Shown here piece after piece: positions 26,921 to 35,334 of a stretch of 64,000 nucleotides of DNA (positions are counted from its first letter, which is position 1; every line of letters begins with the position of its first letter). A model generated the notes under the pieces. It saw nothing but the letters and a program-made list of their open reading frames with translations. It was not told the origin of the DNA and did not search any database. The position numbers and the translations under genes were made by a program. The stretch comes from a virus: the IMG/VR virus record IMGVR_UViG_3300047496_000382; one strand, given 5' to 3'.

Positions 26921-26964
26921 AAAAGACTACGGGCGCCAGCACCGATGCCGGCACCAGCGCCCGT
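26921..26964 (-). terminator. intrinsic terminator after the major capsid gene
   Basis: 16-bp hairpin that pairs fully only on the minus strand (four G-U wobbles), followed by GUCUUUU. Confidence 0.7.
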
Positions 26965-26988
26965 TACACGCGCGTGAAGCGCGATGGC

Positions 26989-28116
26989 TCAGTACTGCGT
27001 GATGGTGGGGAAGAACTCACCCTGGTCCACGCGGTTGTTCGGCGCACCGAGCGCGTCCTCGTCGACGGGGATGAACTCCGCGATGAGGCTGTCCGCGTCC
27101 GTGACCGGGTTCGCGTCGGCCGAGTAGGTCTCGAGCTTGCGAACCGCCGCGATGTTGATGACCGCCATGCCGATGTCTTCCCACGCTTGGAACGTGATGA
27201 CGTTGGCAATCTTGTCGATGTAGAACTTCGTGTTGTTCAACACGTAGAACTTGCCGAAGAACTCCGGCTTGGTGAAGACGTAGATGTTCCCCTGGCGGAG
27301 AATGTCCGTCTTGATGGTGCGGATGTACGAACGCCCCAGGAGGGTGTTGTACTTGTAGCCGTCGACCGCCGTCTCGCTCTGGAGGCGGTCGCCGAAGTCC
27401 TCGAGCGTCCAGCTCAGGATGTCGTCCCAGTCCGTCTCCGTCATCAGGAGGCGCTCGGAACGCAGGCGGTTGCCGTCGAGCAGCTTGAACAACGCCACGA
27501 GGTCCGGGCGCTGGAGCGCGCGCGGCGTCGCGTCGTCGTCGGTCGCAGTGCGCGCGAGCTCGCCCTTGCGGACGGAGAACTCCACGACGCCGGGCGACGA
27601 TTGGAGGGTCGTCGCGTTGAGCGGCGTCGGCGTACCGCCATTGGCCTCGACCTGGAGGGCCTGGACTGCAGCCTCGATGTGCACCGTGAACTCACGGTCC
27701 TCGATTTCCTGCAGGTCCTTCACCGAGTTCTCCTCGATGATTTTGGTGATGGGCATCTCGTAGGCGAGAAGCTCCTGCTCCGTCTTCTGGAAGATTTCCG
27801 AGGCGACGGTGTAGAAGCCGACCTCCGCCTTCGAACCGCGGATGAACCGCGCCGTGGGCTGGCCACGAAAGCTGATGGTCATCGCGCGGCTCTTCGGCTC
27901 CACGTCGACGATTTTCACCAGCGTGTCGTGGTTCACGCTGCGCTGGCAGTCGGCGCGCGTGACCTGCTCGGGCGGAATGACTTTCCGCGCGTAGGACACT
28001 TCACGGAGACGGTCACGGATGTACGAGCCACCGTACTCCGCCATCTTCTCCTTGCCTTCAGACGAACCGAGCTTCTGGGTGAAGAGCTCGTTGAGAACAC
28101 GCGCCGGGACGCTCAT
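26989..28116 (-). CDS. major capsid protein (HK97-fold, inferred)
   Basis: 375 aa; position after protease, scaffold and decoration genes; IRDRLREVSYARKVIP and FQAWEDIGMAVIN resemble capsid motifs; terminator downstream. Confidence 0.8.
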   Translation of the reverse strand: MSVPARVLNELFTQKLGSSEGKEKMAEYGGSYIRDRLREVSYARKVIPPEQVTRADCQRSVNHDTLVKIVDVEPKSRAMTISFRGQPTARFIRGSKAEVGFYTVASEIFQKTEQELLAYEMPITKIIEENSVKDLQEIEDREFTVHIEAAVQALQVEANGGTPTPLNATTLQSSPGVVEFSVRKGELARTATDDDATPRALQRPDLVALFKLLDGNRLRSERLLMTETDWDDILSWTLEDFGDRLQSETAVDGYKYNTLLGRSYIRTIKTDILRQGNIYVFTKPEFFGKFYVLNNTKFYIDKIANVITFQAWEDIGMAVINIAAVRKLETYSADANPVTDADSLIAEFIPVDEDALGAPNNRVDQGEFFPTITQY

Positions 28117-28161
28117 GGGGAATTCCTCTCTTCTGCTTCTGGAGCTGTGGTGGTGGTTGGT

Positions 28162-28692
28162 TCAGCTGCGCCAGCCGGACATGAACCGGAGTTGCCCGCT
28201 GTTCGAAGCAGGCAGACGCGTGACGTAGCCGACCACCGGCGAAACGTCCGCCGTGCCACCGTGGCCGACGAGCCCGGTGTAGTTGCGCCCACCGATGGCG
28301 ATGGTCGCCGCCTTCAAGGGCTGGAGCGGGAACGTGATGGCCGCACCCGCACCGAGCGCGACAGAGGCATCGAAGATGCGCGTGTCGAACTCATATTCGC
28401 CGCGGTAGATGAGCGGGACGCCCTTCTTCGACATTGCTTGGATGTCGTAGCGCCCACGCTCGGCGAAGAGCGGGAACGAGCGCGTCGTCGCGAGCGCGCC
28501 GAGGGTGCCGACGTCGGCCGCGCGCACCGCCTTGTTGCTGCCACCGGGGTCCAGCGTCAGCCACTCGCCGTCGATGACGCAGAGCGCGTTGAGCGGGTTG
28601 ATGAGCGTCTGGTCCGCGATGGGGAAATCGCGAATCTGCAGCGGCAGAACACTCGTCACCGGGGTGAAGTTGACTTTCTGGATGGTGGACAT
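28162..28692 (-). CDS. putative capsid decoration/cement protein
   Basis: Immediately upstream of the capsid gene; beta-rich. Confidence 0.55.
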   Translation of the reverse strand: MSTIQKVNFTPVTSVLPLQIRDFPIADQTLINPLNALCVIDGEWLTLDPGGSNKAVRAADVGTLGALATTRSFPLFAERGRYDIQAMSKKGVPLIYRGEYEFDTRIFDASVALGAGAAITFPLQPLKAATIAIGGRNYTGLVGHGGTADVSPVVGYVTRLPASNSGQLRFMSGWRS

Positions 28693-28719
28693 GGTCTCTC
28701 CTGGTTCCTTGGCCCGGGG

Positions 28720-29085
28720 TCAGCCCGCAGCGCCGACGATGAAGCGTTCGAGGTCAGAGCCGCCGAGGGCGATACGTTGCTCCCCGTCGGACAGGTGGGC
28801 GATTTTCGTCCCCATGTCGGGGCCGACGAGCTCGACTGCTTGCGCAATCGCCTCGAACTTGCCGTCTGCAGCGGCCTTCTCGAGGCGCGCACAAAGCGCC
28901 TCGACCGGCGTGTCGACGTCGAGTCCCTTGCCGTGCATCTTCTGCGCGAGCTTGAGGGACGCATCGTGCGTGTTTCGCGTTGCGAGCTCGGCTTCGAGCG
29001 CAGCGATTTTGGTCTGCTGCGCGCGCAAGGTACCCGCCGCATCAGCGAGCACTTCGGAGATTTGTTCGTTGCTCAGCTTGTCCAC
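28720..29085 (-). CDS. putative scaffold-related protein
   Basis: Coiled coil; TKIAA, LKLAQ, EKAAA, TKIAH. Confidence 0.55.
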   Translation of the reverse strand: MDKLSNEQISEVLADAAGTLRAQQTKIAALEAELATRNTHDASLKLAQKMHGKGLDVDTPVEALCARLEKAAADGKFEAIAQAVELVGPDMGTKIAHLSDGEQRIALGGSDLERFIVGAAG

Positions 29086-29096
29086 GTGCTCCTCCT

Positions 29097-30416
29097 TCAG
29101 CGCGCCGTAGCGGCAGCAGTCTTGGACTTCTCTTGTTCGGCTGCCTCGGCGAGCTTGCCGAGAAGAGCGCGCGCGGCTGCCGTCTTGAGAGAGCCCTCGA
29201 CGACCTCAGGCGCCGAGGCAATCTTCGGCCCCGCTTTGCCCGTGTGCTCGAAGGCGACCTGCAACGTCTTGTCCGTCGCCGCACTGAGCGCCGGCTCTTT
29301 GAAGTACTTGCCGAGGTCGATTTTGCGGTCGGCGTAGGCCTGCCCGCGCGTGTAGTCGCGCGCTGCCTGGTTCGAGCCGACGAGTCCTGTGTGTCCTTGC
29401 GGAGCGCCGCCGGCGGGATGACCGCCCGGTTGGCCCGAGGCGCTGGTGTCCGGGGGGACAGCCTTGCCAGCGGTGATGTTGGCGGGGTTGAGCGCGTCCT
29501 CTGCCTGCTTGACGCGTGCGAGCAGACCGGTGGTGAGCGCCGCAATGCTCGCCTCCTTGTCCTTGTTCTCGGGCTCGCTCGCGTGCGCGTGTTCGACCTT
29601 CGCAAGGCCCTTCTCTGCCTCACGGAGACCCTCGGTCTCCTTCTTCTCGGTCGCGGCGCCAGCGGTCTTCGCGCGAATCATCTCGAGGGGACTTGCGGTC
29701 TTCCCTCCATAATTGCGCTGCATCATGTGCTCGCTGCCGCCTGGCGGGTCGTGAAGGTTGTTCTCCACCATCGTCTTGCCGCGCTCCGTGGGCAGACCCT
29801 TTTGCTCCGGCGTGTGCATCGGGACGATGGCGTGACCCTGGCCCTTGTGGTCGGGGAGCGGCGTGCTGGCCGTCGCCTGCGAGACACCCGGTGGGTTGGT
29901 GACCACGTGCTCCGTGATGGAGGCACCTGTCTTCAGCTGCGCGGAGATGAAGTCGAGGGCACCCGCCAGCTTCTCGACGGTGTTGGCGTCGACGCTGGCC
30001 ATCTTGCTGCCGCAGGCACACTTCTCCTTGCCACACTTCTCGCACTTCTTCTCCTCCTCGGCAGAGGCGGTCTTGTCGCGCTGAAGCTGCGCCTCTTGGG
30101 ACGCGCTGATGTTCGCGGCGGACGCAGCCATCGCTTGCTTCACGAGGTCCTGCAGCATCGGTCGGGCGGTCATCTGGTTCATCGAATCATCTCCTCCTGT
30201 GGAGGCGTGCTTTGGCAGCATTTCAGCGCCCAGAGGGGGCATGGACTTCTGAGACTGCGCTCCCGCGTCGGCAGGTGGCGGGGCGCCGGTGTTGACCCTG
30301 GAGTAGTTCTGCCTGGGAGACATCCCGGCGGGTCCACGCTTCCCGGGTGCGAGAGAGGGTTCGATGCTGGGTGTTGGGATGGGAGCGGTCGCGGTTGCGC
30401 CCGTAGATGACTGCAT
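29097..30416 (-). CDS. putative scaffold/internal head protein (alternative start at 30182 with GGAGGAG)
   Basis: About 14 KxA motifs; CEKCGKEKCAC segment. Confidence 0.6.
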   Translation of the reverse strand: MQSSTGATATAPIPTPSIEPSLAPGKRGPAGMSPRQNYSRVNTGAPPPADAGAQSQKSMPPLGAEMLPKHASTGGDDSMNQMTARPMLQDLVKQAMAASAANISASQEAQLQRDKTASAEEEKKCEKCGKEKCACGSKMASVDANTVEKLAGALDFISAQLKTGASITEHVVTNPPGVSQATASTPLPDHKGQGHAIVPMHTPEQKGLPTERGKTMVENNLHDPPGGSEHMMQRNYGGKTASPLEMIRAKTAGAATEKKETEGLREAEKGLAKVEHAHASEPENKDKEASIAALTTGLLARVKQAEDALNPANITAGKAVPPDTSASGQPGGHPAGGAPQGHTGLVGSNQAARDYTRGQAYADRKIDLGKYFKEPALSAATDKTLQVAFEHTGKAGPKIASAPEVVEGSLKTAAARALLGKLAEAAEQEKSKTAAATAR

Positions 30417-30482
30417 TGGAGCTTCTGCTCCTGCTTGCTTCGCCACCCAGAGGAACATGACCGCGACCTCCCATCTCCTGGC

Positions 30483-31256
30483 TCACTGCGGATACTGAAC
30501 CGGGTAGCCGGCGGCCTCGAGGAGCTCGAGCGCGCGGATGTGAACTGCCCCTTCGAGGTCCTTCGCCGACGCCGTCTTGGCCGTGTCCTTGGCGATGCCG
30601 AGGTTGAGAACAGACGCGACCTTGCGACCGGCCTCGACGGGGTCGAGCTTTGCGTCGAAGACGAGCGCGACGGCGTACTCGGCCGCGAGGTCGTCGAGGG
30701 CCGAGGCCTCCTTCTTCCTGTCGGCCGGGTGCTCGTGCGCCTTGGCGTTCTCGATGCCCTTGCGGAGGGCCTCGGGCATCTCGTGCTTGCCCTCGCCCTT
30801 GTCGTCCCCACCACCTTCAGATGCGATTTTGCGCATCTCCTGCACGTAGGCATGGGCCATCACGCGGCCCATGAAGTCGGCCTCGGCGAGCTTCGCCGCG
30901 GCTTCCTTCTTCCCCTCGTGCTCACGACGGGCGGCCTCCATCTTCTCGCGCTTCTCCTCTTCCTCCTTCTCGGAGGCGGTCTTCGCCGGAGCGGCTGCCG
31001 CAGCCGGATTGGCTGCCGCGACCTTGGCCATGACGGTGTTGATGCCCCCCGCCGCCGCGACCTTCTGTTCGAAGTCCGCGTAGAGCGCGTTGACTTGCGC
31101 GTCTGTGCACGTCTTCAAGTCGATGCCCTGGTCGGCAGCGAGCTTGGTGAAGAGATTCACGCTCGCCTGCTTCTCCAGGTCCTCGGCTTGAGGAACGGGA
31201 GCCGATGCGGTCTTGGTGCCGTAGAAGTTGGCGAGGAACACATCCATCTTGTCCAT
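30483..31256 (-). CDS. putative scaffold protein
   Basis: 12 KxA motifs in 257 aa; Ala/Glu/Lys helical composition; directly after the protease gene. Confidence 0.65.
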   Translation of the reverse strand: MDKMDVFLANFYGTKTASAPVPQAEDLEKQASVNLFTKLAADQGIDLKTCTDAQVNALYADFEQKVAAAGGINTVMAKVAAANPAAAAAPAKTASEKEEEEKREKMEAARREHEGKKEAAAKLAEADFMGRVMAHAYVQEMRKIASEGGGDDKGEGKHEMPEALRKGIENAKAHEHPADRKKEASALDDLAAEYAVALVFDAKLDPVEAGRKVASVLNLGIAKDTAKTASAKDLEGAVHIRALELLEAAGYPVQYPQ

Positions 31257-31269
31257 GAAGTCTCTCCAG

Positions 31270-32997
31270 TCAGCTCTTGGTCCGGGCAGTCATTGACGGT
31301 AGCACCGTCTCCACACCGGAACTGGTTTCGCGTGCCGCTACTTCATCCCAGAAAGCGAGCTTGAGGTAGCGCGCAGACAAGGGAGTGAAGACAGTCTCCA
31401 CCGGAGCGGTGGCGAGCTTTCCAAGCTGCTCTGTCGGCACAGACGCCGACAGTAGCAGTTCATGAGCATGAGCCACAAGTTCCATCACCCCTCTTCGATA
31501 CCCGTTGTAGGCAGCTGCCATCTTACGTAGCAGGGGAGAAGAAAGGGAAGAAGCAGAAGACCGCTTCTCTTGTGGCTCCTTCGAGAGAACAGTGACCCTT
31601 TTTTCGATGATGGGTCCGAGTGCGGAGCGCATAGACATCATCGGCGCCAGTGCACGTCCTAGCACCTCAGAGAAGTACTCCGGACCCATGGGCACGTCTT
31701 CGACATCATCAACGCGAGGGAACACCTGACCTCTACGTTCGAGTTCATCCGCACGAGGGCGCATCCCCATTTGAATGAGGATGATTCGCTGGAACTCTCG
31801 AGGACGAAGAACCATACCCATCAGGGTAGGCGTAGACAGCGATTGCTCGAGAGGCGCAGCACCGAGCAAGTCGAGCATGTCCTTCGAGAGGTCCGGCTCG
31901 TTCGCGGTCAGAGCAGGTACTGCTTTCCCGGCGAACTGGCTGGGTACGGTGTCTTTGACGATTTCAGCGTCCTTGTCCTTCGCCTGCTTGCCCAAGAAGG
32001 CGAGCTTCAGCGGGTCCTGGACTGCAGCAACCTTCGCCTCTCCTCCGTACTCGAAGGTAGAAGCGAGCAGCTCGTTACTCTCATCGTAGCCGAGCTTCTC
32101 GGCAAGCTCTGCACCCGGAAGACTCCACAACTGCCCCGAACCCGCAATCTTCATCATCACCTTGGCAGTCTTGTCGGCGCCGATGAAGACGAAGCTGATG
32201 TCGAAGAAGCGCGGATAGTCGTTGTAGACGAACACCTTCCGCCCGTCGGGGAAGATGTGGTTCATCTGCCTGAGCGCGTGGTCGCAATAGTCCTTGCGCG
32301 TGATGGAGACGCCACGGATGCCCTTGCCTGTTCGGCGAATGAGCTCCTTGTGAACCTCGAGCACCGCGTCGCCTGGCGTCTTGTGGATGCCAGGCTTGAA
32401 CGTCGCCTGCGCTTTTCGGTACGCGTCCCAATCCAAACAGATGGAGCACGTATCGTAGGGTACGCGACACCCCATGCTCACGTCGATGTACTGCCCCGCC
32501 TGGAGCTTGTCCCAGACCCCCTCACCGCCGAACTTCTGACACTTGTCCTTGTCGACGCGAGTCACCAACTCAACGCGCCGCATTCGCGGATTCCAAACAG
32601 AGAGCTCGACCTCTCCGAAGGCGCGCGCCGCATCCTTGTTGCGATGGTGGGCGTACGGATGCGCGTAGTAGAACGTCGGGTAGCCGTAGCCCCAGTCCTT
32701 CGACCGGGCCTTGTCGATGAGCGGGTTGCCCGTCCAATCATCTGGCGCGTGAATCAACGACGCTTCAGGGAAAGCATCACCGTTGATGTTCGAAGACCAC
32801 CACTCTGAAGCACCCAGCGCGTTCACCAGAACGTACTGCGACTCTTTGCTGGGGCGCAGCGTCTCGATGTAGCGCACGACGTCGGGCAGCAGCTGCGGAG
32901 CCGCCGTTTTCTCGAACGTCGAAGAGGCAGGACCGAACAGGGGCAGCGCGTGGATGCCCGTCTCGTCCTGACCTCGGAAGAAGGAGACCTTATACAT
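31270..32997 (-). CDS. prohead maturation protease (HK97/herpes-type fold, inferred) with long C-terminal extension
   Basis: Candidate His (HPYAHHRNKD), Ser in DVSMGC, and FFDISFVFIGADKTA matching the ExSxVxxPAxxxA motif; upstream of scaffold and capsid genes. Confidence 0.7.
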   Translation of the reverse strand: MYKVSFFRGQDETGIHALPLFGPASSTFEKTAAPQLLPDVVRYIETLRPSKESQYVLVNALGASEWWSSNINGDAFPEASLIHAPDDWTGNPLIDKARSKDWGYGYPTFYYAHPYAHHRNKDAARAFGEVELSVWNPRMRRVELVTRVDKDKCQKFGGEGVWDKLQAGQYIDVSMGCRVPYDTCSICLDWDAYRKAQATFKPGIHKTPGDAVLEVHKELIRRTGKGIRGVSITRKDYCDHALRQMNHIFPDGRKVFVYNDYPRFFDISFVFIGADKTAKVMMKIAGSGQLWSLPGAELAEKLGYDESNELLASTFEYGGEAKVAAVQDPLKLAFLGKQAKDKDAEIVKDTVPSQFAGKAVPALTANEPDLSKDMLDLLGAAPLEQSLSTPTLMGMVLRPREFQRIILIQMGMRPRADELERRGQVFPRVDDVEDVPMGPEYFSEVLGRALAPMMSMRSALGPIIEKRVTVLSKEPQEKRSSASSLSSPLLRKMAAAYNGYRRGVMELVAHAHELLLSASVPTEQLGKLATAPVETVFTPLSARYLKLAFWDEVAARETSSGVETVLPSMTARTKS

Positions 32998-33000
32998 ACC

Positions 33001-33525
33001 TCACCGGTGCTTGCCGGCTCCAAACGCTGCGCCGGTCACACGGTCCTGCAGTGGGTCATGCATGCGGTCGCGGTGCGTAAGAGCCTCCACCGCCATGCTG
33101 CCCGCGTGCATCGGGTCACCCACCATCGAGCGCATGTAGTGCCCAGCGACGATGGGGTCACGCGTGAAGGAGGGGTTGAAAGTACGCAGCGTGGAGAACA
33201 TCTGGTTGAAGAGCTTCGGATTCTCCGCGTGCATCTCACCCAGGTCAGGATTCGCGTCGAGCATCGACTTGAAATCGTGCGACTTGGTCGCGGCGTCGTA
33301 CGCACCTTGAAGGAGCTTCGCACCGCCATACGCGACCGCCGCGCTACCGACTGCGAGCGCAGTGTGCCCTGCGTGTTCACCGAGCATGTGTGCGACCGGA
33401 CTCGCTGAGCCCTGCGCGGCATTGCTCATCAAGGAACCGGCGCCCTGCATGAAGCTACGCGCAGCATCTCCGAAGCCCGCGGTCTTCTTGCTCTCGAGGT
33501 ACGTGCTGACGGGGTCAGTAGCCAT
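33001..33525 (-). CDS. putative virion protein (KKTAG, hydrophobic helix)
   Basis: ATG overlaps the upstream gene end. Confidence 0.55.
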   Translation of the reverse strand: MATDPVSTYLESKKTAGFGDAARSFMQGAGSLMSNAAQGSASPVAHMLGEHAGHTALAVGSAAVAYGGAKLLQGAYDAATKSHDFKSMLDANPDLGEMHAENPKLFNQMFSTLRTFNPSFTRDPIVAGHYMRSMVGDPMHAGSMAVEALTHRDRMHDPLQDRVTGAAFGAGKHR

Positions 33526-34585
33526 TGGTCACCTGCCCTTGCTGCGGCGAGAGACGTTCGCCGAGATACCGAGCCACTGTTGCGAGAGTACTCGGACTCT
33601 CGTTGTAGTGCTTGTTTGCGTAGTGCAGCGCGGCGAGTGTGCCCGCCCCGCCGACCATGGCCTTGGTGCCGAGCGAAACGTCTGAGGCCTGCTTGATGAA
33701 GGTCGACAGGTCACTCGCCGCCTTCGCGAGTTCATCACGCGCGAGGCGTGTCTCAGCGAGCTTGTTGAGCGCCTGGCAGAACTCTACGAACTCTCCTACG
33801 AGGGGGTGCGCGGGATTCACCATGCGTGCACCACCCATCTTGTCGATGGAAGCGTGCAGCTCGCCGATGTTCCGGAACACCTCGTCCTTCAAGAGACGCG
33901 GCGCCACGAGCGAGCTGGCAACCTTGATGTGGTCGGCACTCGGCGCCACCGAGTCCCAGGCCTGGACGATGTCACCAAGAGACATGCCACGCAGCGCGGC
34001 CTGCTTCACCTGGAAGTAGAGACGGTCGCCGAGGTCGGAGTAGACGACCTCAAGCCCGCTGAGCTGAGAGAGGAGGTGCTCGCGCGCGGAAGCGACCTTG
34101 GTTTGGAGGTCCAGGGCAGGACCGAGAGGGTTCTCTTGCGGAAGGTCCGGCGCCGGCGAACCGAAGAGCGCGGTGAGCTCCGCCTCTGCGCGCGCGGCGG
34201 CGACCTTGGCGTTCGACGGAGGTGTCTGGTAGTCGAGCGTGCCCCGGTCAAAGACCGAACCCCCGCCTCCATCGTTGAGGTCACGAAGGACATCGGCGAC
34301 AGAGGCAGGACCTCCCTCGAACTCGATGACCCTGTGCGCGCTGCCCTCTTTGCGGAACTCGTTCAAGTACGCGCTCGTGTTCGCAAACTCGACGACGCGC
34401 TTCACCTGTTCCGGCGACAGACCCGCGGTCTTGACGACGTTGGTGACGGCCGCAGTCAGAGAAGAGTACGTTCCGGCACTCCAATCCGCAGAGGCCTTCT
34501 TGCCGAGCACCTCGAGGTGTTCACCTGAGATGGGTCGCGCGTTCCGCTGTTGAAACAGTCCCTGCTCGGGAAGGTCAGACGACAT
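33515..34585 (-). CDS. putative internal head protein
   Basis: 9 of about 16 lysines sit in KxA motifs. Confidence 0.6.
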   Translation of the reverse strand: MSSDLPEQGLFQQRNARPISGEHLEVLGKKASADWSAGTYSSLTAAVTNVVKTAGLSPEQVKRVVEFANTSAYLNEFRKEGSAHRVIEFEGGPASVADVLRDLNDGGGGSVFDRGTLDYQTPPSNAKVAAARAEAELTALFGSPAPDLPQENPLGPALDLQTKVASAREHLLSQLSGLEVVYSDLGDRLYFQVKQAALRGMSLGDIVQAWDSVAPSADHIKVASSLVAPRLLKDEVFRNIGELHASIDKMGGARMVNPAHPLVGEFVEFCQALNKLAETRLARDELAKAASDLSTFIKQASDVSLGTKAMVGGAGTLAALHYANKHYNESPSTLATVARYLGERLSPQQGQVTNGY

Positions 34586-34617
34586 CGAGCACGCCTCCTA
34601 GTTCAGAAAGAAGTAGC

Positions 34618-35334
34618 ATGGAGCGAAAGAGCATGGGAAGTCGAGAAGCGCCTGAATTCGTGGGTGTACTTGAAGCAGCACGCCTGCTGAAGTGCACAAA
34701 GCGCGCGATTCACGTCTATGTTCGCAACGGCACACTACGCCCTCTTCGGGTCGAAGGCGGCATCCGTTTTCGCGCCACAGACCTGCTTGGACTCCAAGAG
34801 GCGCGGTCACGCACAGACCTCACGCTATTGGAGGTGGCATCCATCGCCCTCCAAGCCAGGGCTATTGCGCGTTTCAACGAACAGCGTCTCGAGGAACTAC
34901 ACCTAGCGCTGGGCATCCCCTCCACAACCCTGGACCGCACGCCAGCAGGAGTGGTTGGGCTCCACGCCGAGGCAGTGCGTCCACTTCTGGCAGAAGACCT
35001 GCGACGGCACGACTTCATCTACTTCTGGGCCTCCTCTTTTGTCGCAATGGATGAAGACTACCTTGCGCTGGTGGCTCGGCACGTTGGGAGTCGTGAACCC
35101 TGGCGCATCTTCCTAGACCTTGCCTCTCAGCTACTGGCGCAGAGCCCCGACATGGCAACGACGGCCATCGAGCTGCGGCAGGCTTTCGCGGCGCTCGAGG
35201 CCGCACGCCGCAGTCTCCGACACGTGGCCTACTTCTACTGCACGCGTGCCGAATCACAGGAGACGGCCAACCAGTTGTTTCCAGAGAAGCCCTCTCCGGT
35301 GGACACCCTGCTGGCCATCCTCTCCTCGCGCTAA
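34618..35334 (+). CDS. helix-turn-helix (excisionase/MerR-like) DNA-binding protein
   Basis: VGVLEAARLLKCTKRAIHVYVRNGTLRPLRVEGGIRFRATDL. Confidence 0.7.
   Translation: MERKSMGSREAPEFVGVLEAARLLKCTKRAIHVYVRNGTLRPLRVEGGIRFRATDLLGLQEARSRTDLTLLEVASIALQARAIARFNEQRLEELHLALGIPSTTLDRTPAGVVGLHAEAVRPLLAEDLRRHDFIYFWASSFVAMDEDYLALVARHVGSREPWRIFLDLASQLLAQSPDMATTAIELRQAFAALEAARRSLRHVAYFYCTRAESQETANQLFPEKPSPVDTLLAILSSR

Noticed and set aside
26974-29337. Long plus-strand ORFs opposite real genes (also 53868..56741, 43469..45025, 17560..18957 and others)
   Set aside because: Antisense shadows expected from GC3-rich coding; no RBS or domain motifs, unlike 7277..8086
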